A stretch of 64,000 nucleotides of DNA from the human T2T-CHM13v2.0 reference genome, Homo sapiens, in assembly GCF_009914755.1 (NCBI RefSeq), contig NC_060941.1. One strand, given 5' to 3'. The position numbers were made by a program, and so were the translations under genes. Positions 1 through 12,592 of this stretch are shown one piece after another (within the stretch, counting starts at the first letter, position 1; every line of letters begins with the position of its first letter). A model generated the notes under the pieces. That model searched no databases. It saw nothing but the letters and a program-made list of their open reading frames with translations, and had not been told where the DNA came from.

Positions 1-350
1 AGAACATAAACAAATTTACAAGCAAAAAACAAACAACCCCATTAAAAAGTTGTCAAAGAACATGAACAGGCATTTTTCAAAAGACATGCACACAGCGAGC
101 AAGCATACAAAAAAAGTTCAACATCACTAATCATTAGAGAAATGCAAATTAAAACAACAATGAGATACCATCTCACATTAGTCAGAATGCCTATTATTAG
201 AAAGTCAAAAAATAACAGATGCTGGTGAGATTGTGGAGAAAAGGAAATGCTTATCCACTGCTAGTGGGGAAGTAAATTAGTTCAGCCATTGTGGAAAGCA
301 ATTTTGTGATTTCTCAAAGAACTTAGAAAGAATTGCCATTTGATCCAACA
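1..350 (+). mobile_element. L1 ORF2 3' portion (older primate L1PA13-16/L1PB-like), ends abruptly without 3'UTR or polyA
   Basis: Typical ORF2 C-terminal sequence: acatcactaatcattagagaaatgcaaattaaaacaacaatgagataccatctcac ... aataacagatgctggtgag ... gccatttgatcc. Confidence 0.85.
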
Positions 351-387
351 ATTTTATTAATCATTACTCAATTTCATTATTAAGTAT

Positions 388-480
388 TGATCAAGAAGAC
401 TTCATGAGGCAAAATAAGGAACTGTCAAACATAAAGACAGGTAATTTGAAATCACTAAGTCAGAGGAGCTAAAAAAAACT
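388..480 (+). mobile_element. Old L1M ORF1 fragment (coiled-coil region)
   Basis: aagacaggtaatttgaaatcactaagtcagaggagc resembles L1M ORF1 'gaagacaggtcatttgaaattatccagtcagaggagc'; compare 43695-43755 in this window. Confidence 0.65.
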
Positions 481-594
481 GTGAGGTTTCTCATCATGGT
501 ACTCCCTAGAGGTAAGCTGCTTCAGGACTACCACAGGAAGCTAAAAGAGCATAAGGAAATTGATGGCCATCTTAAGGAGTTAAAGGAACAACTA
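481..594 (+). pseudogene. PSMC6: Fragment of a PSMC6 (26S proteasome ATPase Rpt4) retrocopy: short leader plus first 33 codons
   Basis: 496-594 translates to [33 protein letters not shown], versus the PSMC6 N-terminus as recalled ([33 protein letters not shown]): 24/33 identical. The upstream ttctcatcATG context also matches. No further PSMC6 sequence in the window. Confidence 0.88.
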
Positions 595-608
595 ACTCTA
601 GAACTTCT

Positions 609-921
609 TCTTCTTTTTCTTTCTTTTTTTTTTTTTTTGAGACAGAGTCTCACTCTGTCGCCCAAGGTGGAGTGCAATGGTGCAATCTTGGCTCACTGTA
701 ACTTCTGCCTCCCAGGTTCAAGGAATTCTCCTGGCCTCAGCCTCCCGAGTAGCTGGAATTACAGGTGCACACCACCATGTCTGGCTAACTTTTTGATTTT
801 TAGTAGAGACAGGGTTTCACCATGTTGGCCAGGCTGGTCTTGAACTCCTAACCTCAGATGAACCATCCGCCTTGGCCCCCCAAAGTGCTGGGATTACAGG
901 TGTGGGCCACCACGCCCAGCC
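609..921 (-). mobile_element. AluS (Sx/Sz-like), full length
   Basis: Both arms present; 15-bp TSD aactctagaacttct at 594-608 and 922-936. Confidence 0.95.
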
Positions 922-936
922 AACTCTAGAACTTCT

Positions 937-1599
937 GATTGAATCTTTCTTTATAGGTTCTATACTATCATTTTGTTCAATAATCATTTTTCTGTTTTTT
1001 ATTCAGTTGACCATTTGTATTTTTTCAGCTCCTTAAGCATTCTTGTGGATATTATTTTAAATTCTTTATTACTCAGCTCATAGATCTATGCTTCTTTAGA
1101 GTTTTTTTTTTCTGGAGTTTTATTTTGCTTTTTTAATTTGGCCATGTTGTTTTCTGTTTCTTTGTGGGTTTTATAATTTTTACTAGGATTTGAGCATTTG
1201 CAAAACAAAACTACCTCTTCCTGTCTTTACATACTGAATTTGTTCAGGTAAGGACTCTCATCACTCAGGCTGATTGTAGGATGTTCTTTTTTTTTTTTTT
1301 CTGAAAAAACATTTTTTCTAATCTCTTGCTCTCCTTGGCATCTTCCCATAGAACTGGGGCTCTAATATACTTCTCACTTCTTTCTTAACGACTTCCAAAC
1401 TCTGCCACCAGTCCTGTCAGCCCTCTAACTCTATTGAGGCAGAAAACAGTTTCTCATGCAGGCTCAAGACAAACTAGGAAGTTTAACACATGCTCAACTC
1501 TTTTATTTCTGTCCTAAGGGAGAAGCTCTGGTATGGTGTGGTTTCCTCCTGTTTGCTCTGTATTGTGCTACATAGGGAGAAGAGCACAAATAGTCATGC
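937..1599 (-). mobile_element. Old L1M ORF1 5' part and 5'UTR (continues after MER52 to ~3340)
   Basis: Reverse complement reads aaagaatttaaaataatatccacaagaatgcttaaggagctg...gaagttctagagtt, typical of L1M ORF1. Confidence 0.6.
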
Positions 1600-2807
1600 T
1601 GTTATGAGATCTTTGGGGTGTCAATTTTTCTGGCCAGAAACCTCGGTGGCCATGGCACCTTTGCCAGAGTTCTTGTCCTGCGTTCAAGATGAATCAGGTA
1701 TGCAGGCAAGTGAAAGGTGAGTAAGAAGAGTTTTATTTAGTGTTAGAACAGCTCAGAGAAGTGATTAACTCCTCTCTATTGGCAGGTCATCCCTATCCAG
1801 TGTTCAGCTCTAAGCAAAGAGGAGGACTTGGAGAGGGTAACTCCTCTCTGCAGGCAAGTCATTGGGATGTCTGCACAGGTCTCTGAAGCTTTCAGCAGAG
1901 GGGGTAACTCCTCCCTGCTGGCATGTCCTCTTTGCAGCTCCCAGTGGAGAGGGTACTCCTCTCTGCAGCTTGTCATCCAGTGTCTCTACCCTCTTCCTTC
2001 TCTGGCCATCCTCTGCCCTGCTCTGGCTGAGCCCAGGGCTTTTATGGACCTCAGAGGGGAGGAAGTGCATGCTGATTGGTCCATGGGTGGCCATGGGCAG
2101 GCCCGGAAGAGGCACCATGAGTCCCCACTCTGGTCTAAGGGACTGACAGCCCAGCCCCCAGACTTCAGGCCCTCTCTGGCCTGAGGATGGGGCCTTACTG
2201 AGGACCCCACCCACTTCTGCCCAGAACTCTGTCTGCCTCCCCCTGCCATTCATGGCCTGGGGGCTTGGCTTCAACCAAGCCTCCGAGATTGGAGCAGATG
2301 CCAGGAACAGAGAGAGGCCAGACAGTGGAAGCAGACACCCCTGAGCCTGCAGGGAAGGGGTGTGGTGCAGGCAGGGTGGGGGTGTCCTTCCTGGGGTGCC
2401 AAGGGTGCAGGCTGCAGAGACACCCGGGTCCTGTGCCTGGGAGGGCAGCCGCAGCTGCACCCAGAGCTCCTGCCCCACCAACTCAGAAGGGGCAGGGCTC
2501 CCGCTAGTCCCTGCCTCCTGTCTGCTTCCGGGAGCCAGAGGTCCAGGTCTGCAACGGCAGGAATGGCTGTTCCCGGCTGATCCTGCCTGTTCCTGGCTCC
2601 CCCAAGAGCACAGGGGGGCTCAGATCCACAGCTGCAGTTTGGGAGGCTGGAACCAAGGGTGGGGCTCCTGCCTGCTCCGCAGAGCCGGAGGCCTGGGTCT
2701 ACAGCTGCAGTTTGTGGCTCCCATCCCAAGAAGGGGCGGGGCTTCCACCAGCTCCATGGAGTGTGCAGCCCCAGCCATGCAGCTGATGGCAGCAGCTGCT
2801 GTCATCA
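1600..2807 (-). mobile_element. MER52-family solo LTR (ERV1), GC-rich
   Basis: TG...CA termini (minus strand tgatgacagcag...ccccaaagatctcataaca); 4-bp TSD atgc at 1596-1599 and 2808-2811; matches recalled MER52 motifs such as gcaggcaggagcccc and cccaaactgcagctgtggatc. Confidence 0.88.
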
Positions 2808-2943
2808 ATGCCAGACAACACAAATTTTTCTACCCTTTTCACTGGAATTCCTTTTTGTTTTTACACTAACCTGGGTGCTGTAGCTTCACATTTCATCTCT
2901 AGAATTCTAACAGATATTGTCATTGCTATTTTGTTGGTAACTT

Positions 2944-3263
2944 TATTTTATTTTTATTTTTTATTTTATTATTATGTTTTTTGAGACACAGTCTCCCTCT
3001 CTCGCCCAGGCTGGAGTGCAGTGGCACCATCTCCGCTAACTGCAAGCTCCGCCTCCTCGGTTCACGCCATTCTCCTGCCTCAGCCTCCAGAGTATCTGAG
3101 ACTACAGGCGTCCACCACCACACCTGGCTAATTTTCTGTATTTTTAATAGACATGGGGTTTCACCGTGTTAGCCAGGATGGTCTTGATCTCCTGACCTCG
3201 TGATCCGCCTGTCTCGGCCTCCCAAAGTGCTGGGATTACAGGCATGAGCCACCGCTCCCAGCC
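2944..3263 (-). mobile_element. AluY
   Basis: Y diagnostics (gcaagctccgcc, ttcacgccattctc, gtgttagccaggatgg); 17-bp TSD tattttgttggtaactt at 2927-2943 and 3265-3281. Confidence 0.95.
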
Positions 3264-3384
3264 GTATTTTGTTGGTAACTTGATGTCTTTGTGGAGGAAT
3301 AATGGTCTATAGCTTTCTAACCTGTCATCTTGCTGATGTCTACCTTGTTTGTTTGCTTTTCAACAATTTTTTTTAACTTCTGTC

Positions 3385-3945
3385 AGGATTTAGATAATCT
3401 TCTAATAGACTCCCTACCTTAATCTTTGCCATCACCAATCAAATATTTAAATTACTAATCTGATCATGCTACTTCATTGCTTACATTTTTGAAGTAGCGT
3501 CTTTGTCTACAGTGTAAATTTCAACCTCATGCACATACTTCACCTGGCCTTCCAAGACGCATACCTCATCCAAATTTTTCTCTTCATCTTCTAATTCCCT
3601 CTTCAGCTCATGTAACTTTGCACCAACAAATGCCTTCATTATTCTCCTGTTGATTAATATTTTCATTCTACCATGATTTAAGTATTATTTTACCTGTCAG
3701 GATCATCTCTTTTTACCTTCCCCTACTTATCTTATGATCTACTCAGGTTTTGGCTTCTAGGTGAACTGGACCTATTACAGTTGAATTAAATATTTCTCCA
3801 TGCTCCTGAAAATGCTCTATCATGGCATTCATTAAATTGTGTTTTACTTACTTGTATACTTGACTATTATTCCCTTTTCTATTATCACTACTTAACATGA
3901 AATCCACATAGTAGGTGCTCAATAATTGTCTACTGAATAGATAAA
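3385..3945 (+). mobile_element. L2 3' fragment
   Basis: Ends in the L2 tail acatagtaggtgctcaataattgtctactgaatag; tctgatcatg motif. Confidence 0.7.
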
Positions 3946-4744
3946 TAAAATAATTGCCCTGAAATGTACTATTTAATATTACCACAGGACGTCATTTTTT
4001 AAAAAATAAATGTACGACTGAGTTTTAATAAGATGCCCATTTTAATTGAGAGCTTTTCACTCCACAGAAACTGCAAAGTTGCCTCTCAGAAAAAAAAAAT
4101 ATTTTCATTTGAGACATTTATTTTCAATATTTTAACACAAACATTAGCAGATATGAAAAATGCTTCTAAATGTTTAGTGAATTCAATAGCTCAATACTTT
4201 CATGTTTTGACAATGTCTTAAAAGAGAAAAGAAAATGAAAATGACAGTTTATATTTGCTGATGTTACTTAGAGATAAGAATGTTCCTTTTTCTTTTCTTT
4301 CTCATTGACCCAAAAATTTATCTTCCAGATTTAAATTCCTAAGAATTATTTTTGCATTTTTCAAAGGAGATGCATGCCATCCCTTGTTCAGTCTTGCTTT
4401 AAGGTGCCAATAATTTCTTTCTGCGAACTCTGCCCAGGTATGTGCTCATGCTTTCATTCACCTCGAATTTAGTATATCCCAAATGTAAGCTCGTAGCCAC
4501 TTTTTTATACTTAATGGTCTATCCTTGGTGCCCAGAAATGCCTAGCTAGCAATTAAGAGTAGACACTTGGTAGAAGTTTTAGTGAATATTAATGCATTCT
4601 ACCTCTTTTTGTTTGTTTTAATATTCTTTTTATCTTCATATGCACATACTTCATTATCCTGGGTAATAAATTAACAATATCCACAGTCCATGCTATTGGA
4701 CCTATCTTGCATTAGTCTATGTATTAGTTTTAAATTTTTATTCA

Positions 4745-5014
4745 CCTCTTCCAGCTTCCAGTGAATGCCAGCATTACCTAATTTATGACTGTGTCACTTT
4801 TGTCTCTGTCTCAGTGATCACCTTACCTACTCCTGTCTGTATGAAGATTCACTTTGTCTTCCTCTTATAAAGGCACATATAATTGCATTTAGTGCCTATC
4901 TGGCTAATCTGCAATAATCTTTCCATCTCACTATCCTTAATTAATCACGTATTTTGCCATATAAATCGATGTTTACAGAGTTCATGGATCAGGGCACATT
5001 TTTCAGCCTACCAT
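4745..5014 (-). mobile_element. MLT1 (MLT1D-like) MaLR LTR fragment
   Basis: cctcttataaaggcac...gcatttag...aataatctttccatctc...ttttgccatataa...cagcctaccata. Confidence 0.7.
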
Positions 5015-6348
5015 AGTCTGTTTCTATAGGACTTGGGCCAAACTTCTAATTAAAGATTACTGTACAATTAGATGAGTAAGTAATATTTTTAATAATGATA
5101 TGCACAAATAAAATAATGTTTCAGAACTTTTTTCTGGGAGTATGAGGGTTTTGTTTTTGTTTTTAATTCCTAAAACTGCGGATTTGCCTTTCCCCTTTAC
5201 TAACAAAATATTATACTTAGGAATATGAGTGATTGGAACATTTTGAGTGAAATTCTAATGTGAATTCTTTCTTTATGTTTCCAACACAACATTAAGCACA
5301 AAATAATTCTGCAATTATTTTACTTATTGCAAAATATATTTAATGCATGGCGACTGATGGGGAATGTCACCCCTAACTACTGAATATGTTACCAAAACTC
5401 TGTTTCTTCTTTTATGCTGAGGAAGAATGAATAATGTATAAAGATGCAGGTAAGAGACCTGAGACGTTTTTAATATGGTTAAAACTTTGGCTGTGTAATA
5501 TTCAAGTAGCTATTTTTGGCGGTGTTTTAGAAAGTAATGCAAATGTACAGACAAGGCAAGGATAGAGAAGCCAAACGTGGATTTGGAGAGCAGAACTTAC
5601 TTCATACTTCAAAGGCCTGGGAGTTGCTGTGCATTTTTTAGCAAAGAGAATGTTTGGAGAGGCAGGTTGACAGGAGCGTACAAAGATAGCCACAAAACTA
5701 CTTAATGCCCACCGTCTGTGGATAATCTGGAGCAGTTCCCAAATACTGGTCTATGGACCAGTCCAGATACTCAGACTCTTCTAGGTCTGTGGGGAAATGG
5801 CAAATACTCTATGAGAAAAGTGAGTGTAAACTCACTTATACTCATCAAAGTAATAAATGTCTTCAAAGAGCTAAAGTTTGAAGTTTAAAGTAAATCTTCT
5901 ATAAAGATATTAAATCCTTTCTAATTTTGGATGGCAAATGGTATTTTTTTATGAGATAATGGTGAGAGCATTTACCATAGGGCTATACAAAGGATGTTCA
6001 TACAGCTACTAGAGGTATTTAAGCTCATGGGAAATACAATGGACCCACAATTGTACTAGACATTGTCAGCTGTGGCCACATCATATTCATTTTTCCCTTT
6101 CCTAAGGACACCCTGATCTCCTTTTAACAAATATGTTTCTTTGTATATAGATTTAGCAGAATGATAAATTTAGATACTCATGTTCAACTCTAAGAGCCTT
6201 TGGTACAAGATCTCTTCTCATCCGAGTACAAACTATGAAGCAGATGCATGACAATTGGAGATTTATTTATTTATTTTTTATTATTATTATTTTGGAAGTA
6301 TCCTGGTTGGATGTTTGCTGCTGTGGTTTCTGCTCCTTGGCTTGCTAG

Positions 6349-6711
<363 letters not shown>

Positions 6712-8564
6712 AACAACTTATTTAATTTATCCAGATTTTTCTTTAATTGCAGTCATACTATAAACTAGCTGATATGTTTACCAAATACCTATGCAAACTT
6801 GAAAGTAATTGCATCTTTTCTAGAGCTGATAATAAAACCTGCTTCAGAGAGTCAAGAACATTACATGAGTCATTATATATAAAGTACTTAGCAGGTAGTT
6901 AGCTATTTTCCTATCATCGTTGTTACTGCCATATAAGTTGCACAATCCCAAGCCAAAAAAGACATTAAAAAGCATGAGTGCCTTCCCTATGACTATCAGA
7001 TATTCTTATAAAAGCCAATAGAGTTAAAGGATAAAAGCCTAACGCTTTACCCTCGTATGTCCAACAGCCACCTTTAAAATCAATTTCCAAGCATAAGGCA
7101 CGACCTTGGCTTGGAAATAAATTGAATTAATTTGCAGTACCTGCTTCTAAGCCTTGCTTTTTAATGCTGACTCTCACTCACCCAATATCTTCAGCAGTTT
7201 AGCTTTTTTCAAAATCCCCACATAATTCATTCAAATGAAATTCTCCAGGACATCAAAATTGTTCAATTTAGTGGACTTTCTTGACAGTGGGTTCTCTGTA
7301 ACAAAGTGCTTTCTTTCTCAAACTGCATAGAAATCAGGGAAAATAACATCTTAGTTCCCCTCCTCAATCCAGGAACTAAACCAGGCAAAAATAGAGAAAG
7401 CAGTGTAAGCAGTTGCTTACTCAGACTGAATATATGATAGAATTTATTAATAACCTGATTAAACAATCAATCAATCTGCTCTGATGATCTCTTGTCCCTG
7501 GGTAATAAATTACCAAATTAAAGCAGAAGAAAATGTGAATGCAATCTAAAAAGCAACAAAATATTATTTCACTCACTTTATAGTTTTTTGCCCTTTAATC
7601 TCATGCTTCTTTTCATGTGGTGTTTGATTCCAGTGGGCAATTTGAATACGTGGATGGGTTTCTTTTCCCATAAAGTAATTAGGGTGTCTCAGATAGTAAG
7701 CCAGACTGAAGAGCGCATACTAATTAAAGGCTTCTGCTTTCACTTACGAAGAGCCAACCTTAAATTTTTTCTTCTTCTCCTCCCTATGGTGCAAAATGCA
7801 CATAATTGAGAATGTTTCTTACAGAAACTAGAGAAAGCACTTGTGCAAGAATTTTACTACATATTGCTCACTGAACCTGGCCCATCTAGCACTTTTATGG
7901 CTCATCTACAAGGAATGGAAGTCACATGGGCACTCACAGTGCTCAACTGTTACACTTGTACCTAGGATAAGACTGCTCAAGATAGTAGTACTTTTGCCCA
8001 GCAGCCTAAGCACGATGCCTGTAAATACAGACAGACATAGTTTTGGATTATTATTTTACTTTGCCTTTATGTCTTCAGATTTTTTTTCAGAAAAGAGACC
8101 TTTTCATTACACACAGAGATCAATAGCTTATATTCACAAATAATCTGGTTGTGATGTCTCAGAATCAAGCTGTTTGCTTGCACATTTCCTTGAAAATTGG
8201 CAAATTTTGGGATGAGAGGAAGAGAGGTGGCCCTATTAACAAAATAAAGATTAAAAAAATAAGAAAAGGAAAAAGAAACTGTACTAATTACTAGTCTGTC
8301 CTACTTTCCTTACTGCTTTTGGCTTCACGTCTACATGGATTTTACTTAAGAACACGGAGTGAAATAGGTCTGGCTGTTTCCCAGGCTAGCACCTTTAGCT
8401 AGCACAGCCTTTTTGTCAGGTCTAAGAAGACATAGAGATTACATCACTTTGGAGACATTTAGCTTGAGTTGAAAGGTTTACGGATAGCTTTCACCTTTCT
8501 GCATGAAGATTCTGCAGTGCTATTTTCTACAATATGATAAACGTGGTCGTCATTCATTCATTTA

Positions 8565-8805
8565 TTATGGAATTAGTACCTTATAAAAGTGTCCCTGGCA
8601 AGTTAGCTAGCTCTTTCTACCATATGAGTACCAGTGACAAACTGCCATTTATAAACCAGAGAGTGAGCCCTCACCAGACACCAAATCAGCCAGTGTCTTA
8701 ATCTTGGAATTCCCAGCCTCCAGAACTGTGAGAAATAAATTTCTATTGTTTGTAAATTACTCTTTTTTGGCAAATTGTTAGAGCACCTCAAATGAACTCA
8801 GACAG
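8565..8805 (+). mobile_element. MLT1A-like MaLR LTR (3' part)
   Basis: gagccctcaccagacaccaaatc...cccagcctccagaactgtgagaaataaatttctattgttt...gaactcagaca. Confidence 0.8.
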
Positions 8806-9039
8806 GCGTAAGCACTGAGAGACAGAGATCATTGTAATCCGTGTCAGAATCTGATTATTTCACTACCAAATATTAGAAATTCTATTTTCTTTTGTGTCCT
8901 GGGCAATATGCAACTCATATTGTTTTAACTGTCTAGTGACTCCTCAATCATCCCCTCAAAAATCTTTTCAACATCACTTTAATTATTTGACTTGTCCTTT
9001 TTCACTCTGTATTCTCTTAAACTACAACTGTATAATCAT

Positions 9040-9400
9040 TTCTTACAGTTCCAATTACTTTCTCTATGGTGATAAATCTCAAATCTACATCTCTAATCCA
9101 AATTTCTTAACTGAGTTCTAGATACTGTATATGATGAATCAATTAAACCTGATATTCTTTTCCATTACCCACAGAGACCTCCATCCCATCATATCCAAAA
9201 GTGAGATCACCATGGTCACACTCCTCCTCCAATATTTTCAGTCCTGGACCATCGAAGTTAGAAACCTGGGAGTCCTTTGAGATCCCTTCATCACTCCACA
9301 CTGCTTAGAGCCCTTTGATTTTGGCTCCAAACATATCTGTCCAATTAATCACTTCTGTTCTTAGACTACTCATTGTATTTCCTTGTTCCCATGCACATTT
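9040..9400 (+). mobile_element. L2 internal fragment
   Basis: caaatctacatctctaatcca...gaaacctgggagtcctttga. Confidence 0.55.
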
Positions 9401-9475
9401 TAAAGGAATTAATGCAAGAGTCTTGGCACTCTTCTGTTTGTTACTCTCAAAATGTTAGCAGATATATATTAACAG

Positions 9476-9900
9476 CAGGGTTGGCTGCAAACTTTGTAGG
9501 CCCTTGGCAAAATGAAAATTAGGGACCCTTGTTCAAAAGTTGGCAAGAAGCTCTATGAACTATACTAAACATACATTTCTTTTCTTCCATAGTCTCTCTT
9601 CTCTCTGTGTCTCTCTCTTTCTCTCTCACTCTCCTCCTTAATGATGATTTTTATTTTTATTTTTATTTGTCATTTAATGTCATACTCCCTACAGCATGGG
9701 AATATTTGCGGGGTGAGTGAAGAACCTCACAGGCACCGAGGTTCGGCCCCGTGATTCTTCATATAGCATGTGCACAGCCCACCGGTATCTGATTTCTCCT
9801 CCTAGTACCTGACAGATATGCCCTGGTGGAGTTGAGAAAGGCAATCTCCCTCCCATGGATCTCATGCTCATCACTTATCAGACCAGTGACTACCAAGGAA
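9476..9900 (-). mobile_element. MER45-family hAT-Tip100 DNA transposon fragment
   Basis: cagggttggctgcaaactttgtaggcccttggcaaaatgaaaattagggacccttgttcaaaa matches the recalled MER45 terminus; right boundary uncertain. Confidence 0.7.
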
Positions 9901-9989
9901 TAGGGATATACTAACAATGGCCATATGCTTTTGCTTTTCCTTTTCCTTTACCAGTTGTAGAGTTTTACTGGATTAAAAACCTGTTTATT

Positions 9990-10286
9990 GGCTGGTCACA
10001 GTGGCTTACGCCTGTAATCTCAGCACTTTGGGAGGCCGAGGTGAGTGATCACAAGGTCAGTAGACCAAGACCATCCTGGCCAACATGGTGAAACCCCGTC
10101 TCTGCTAAAAATACAAAAATTAGCTAGGTGTGGTGACATGTGCCTGTAATTCCAGCTACTCGGGCAGCTGAGTCAGAAGATTCACTTGAACCAGGGAGTC
10201 AAAGTTTGCAGTGAGCCAAGATCGCACCACTGCACCCCAGCCTGGAAACAGAGGGAGATTCCTTCTCAAAAAGAAAGAAAAAGAAA
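9990..10286 (+). mobile_element. AluS (Sc-like)
   Basis: gatcacaaggtc...agaccatcctggccaacatggtg; A-rich tail. Confidence 0.93.
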
Positions 10287-12371
10287 CTTTGTATTAATTC
10301 GTTTTACTCCTTAGTAGCTTCAAAATTATACATTATTTGCCATTCTTCTCTTGACTTCTCTTAAAATTTATATATAAGCACACAAATATATACACACAGG
10401 TATGTTTTTCTAACTATTCCCAACCTTGAAACCAAACAAAACCCTTAATTGATTTTCACCTACCATTTCCACCTTTTCCTTCCATATTTCTTAAATTTGA
10501 GTACCACTTTTCCTCTAAATTCTCTTTTCTTCTAATTTTGGAAATGATTTTTTGTTCTTTTGGAGTGAATCGTCCATTTTTTTCCAGATAAATGTTTTGA
10601 GCCATTACATGCCTGAAAAATGCACTCATTCCCCTGTCTAATGTGAATGATCATATATCTAGATAACACCCTATCTTTGCAGACACTGTTTTGTTTTCTC
10701 TCATTCTATGTTGTTGCAGGTAAGAAATGTAAGGCTGTCTGAGTTGCATTTCATTGTAAATAGAATGTTCTTTTTTAGGTTAGTTTTTTCTTTTAAACTT
10801 TAAAGATTATTTATATTATAATTGAGGTTCAAAAATTCCACCAGATTTAAGTTCAGATGTGAATGTTTTACTTTTTTTGCTCAACCCCTGGCAGACTTAT
10901 TCAATCTGAAAACTCAGGTCTTTACCAAGATGCCAGGATATCATGCGTTCTTAAGTTATAGAATAAGTATGAATCTTTTCTAAAGATGTCAGTAGGTGTC
11001 TCATTGGTTGTAACTAAAATCTTCACAGCCTCACCCCCCTTTAATGCCTTCAAAAAATCCTTCATAATCATTGCTCATCGGGTACATGTAAGCATATTGT
11101 GCTATGAAGCCAATGACAATCCTTACTTATGGCTATTAATTTCTATCAAACTCCTCCCTGTGGGAGTAACCAAACCCCTCGCTCAAAACCCTCTTTCTGT
11201 GTAGGACATAGCTCAGAGAATAACCAGTCAGTGATCATCCAGTGGCATACTGCTCATTAATGAATTTGACACAATTTATCAATGACTCACTTTGTACAAG
11301 CCTCTGGTTGGGCAAGAATTTTATGTAAATGAACAGGTTGAATCCACATGGTATGAAGAAATCAAGGCCACTTTAAGACTGTGTCACTAAAATCTTATGG
11401 AGCATTTTGTTTCTCTCTTGTTCTACGTATATTAAGTCATCACCTGACCTTATTGTTTACCTGGGTTTTATTTTTTCCAGCCGGTCGTGCCATCATTGAT
11501 CTGCTCTCATTATAGGAACACCTCTATCTGTATCTATTTCTTGTTTTGTGTGTGTTTACTGCTCCTTGGGAGATTTCTGAGTGCTGGAGTCATTGGCTCC
11601 GGCTGCATAAATTGGTGAGCTGAAGTTGCAGATTTGGAGCTGTCTCAGCCGCACTCTCAGGGTTATAAATGATGCTGTCTGACTGGAGGACACTGCATTA
11701 ATGGGCATTATGGATAGGCCTGTTCTATTTCAGAACCATGATTTTCAAGCCAATCGCTTGTATCTGAGACAGGGGACATTGTAGAAGGCTGTGGTAGAGG
11801 AAAAGGCTTAATCCGTTTTTTAGAAGAAAAATAAACTTAAAATAACATATGAAGTGACCAGATATGTTAGAAATTGAAGAGAGTCAAGGCATGCTGCTGA
11901 GAAAACATCAAACTATTTTCTTTTACCAAATAGTCTATGAAACCTCAAAGTTTCATGTTACTTTATGTAATACCTTTTTAAAAATCTTAAAGCTGCAAGT
12001 ACATTATGTCCAATTCTTTCTCTTTTGAGGGAATAAAATGGAGGTGCACTGTGTATGATAAGGTTAAAGTAATTTTAAAGCTAAAGAGAAAGAAGGGAAA
12101 GTATGCTGGAGCAGACAAAGATGCAGAAGAAAAGACGAGATAGATGGTTGACTCTGGTTCACTATAAGTCAGGGAAGTTGCTGTTAAGAGGTTGCTATTA
12201 GGAGGGTAATGAAGAGGTTTATGGAAGTGACTTTACAGGTTAATGCCCTTGATGTACTTGCTTTATTATTTTGTTTACTCTCATTTCTTCAAGGTAAAAT
12301 TATGAGGATTAAAATACATCTCAGGAAGATCTATAATACCTATATCGAAAACTGAGGGAGGAATATTAAGT

Positions 12372-12592
12372 GAAAAAGCTTAAGACTTGGAGCTTAGGAC
12401 ATCAGGGCTGTTTACTCTCCTGACACTGAATGTGATCTTAATTATGTTATTTAACCCTTCTAGACTAGATATTCCTCTTCTGAAAGGAATGTGACAATAG
12501 TTCTCTTACACTGATGTTGAAGCACTAATACAATGATGTATTTTAGTACCAACCGCAGAACCTGACACATTACAAGTGATGAATAAATACCT
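12372..12592 (+). mobile_element. MIR
   Basis: Core tgtgatctta..ttatttaacccttct...cctcttctgaaa; tail cctgacacattacaagtgatgaataaata. Confidence 0.6.

Noticed and set aside
481-843. 120-aa ORF as a novel PSMC6-Alu fusion gene
   Set aside because: The C-terminal two thirds is antisense Alu read-through; no promoter, splice or polyA support.
1776-2883. Dense overlapping ORFs up to 223 aa on both strands
   Set aside because: All lie in or start within the GC-rich MER52 LTR, which is stop-poor by composition; no recognisable protein.
3481-3666. Coiled-coil-looking 61-aa ORF (ELKRELEDEEK)
   Set aside because: Antisense of a pyrimidine-rich L2 fragment; no recognisable homologue.
4330-4437. Possible exon (ttccag|...cag|gtatgt)
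   Set aside because: Stops in all three frames; splice motifs of this quality occur by chance.
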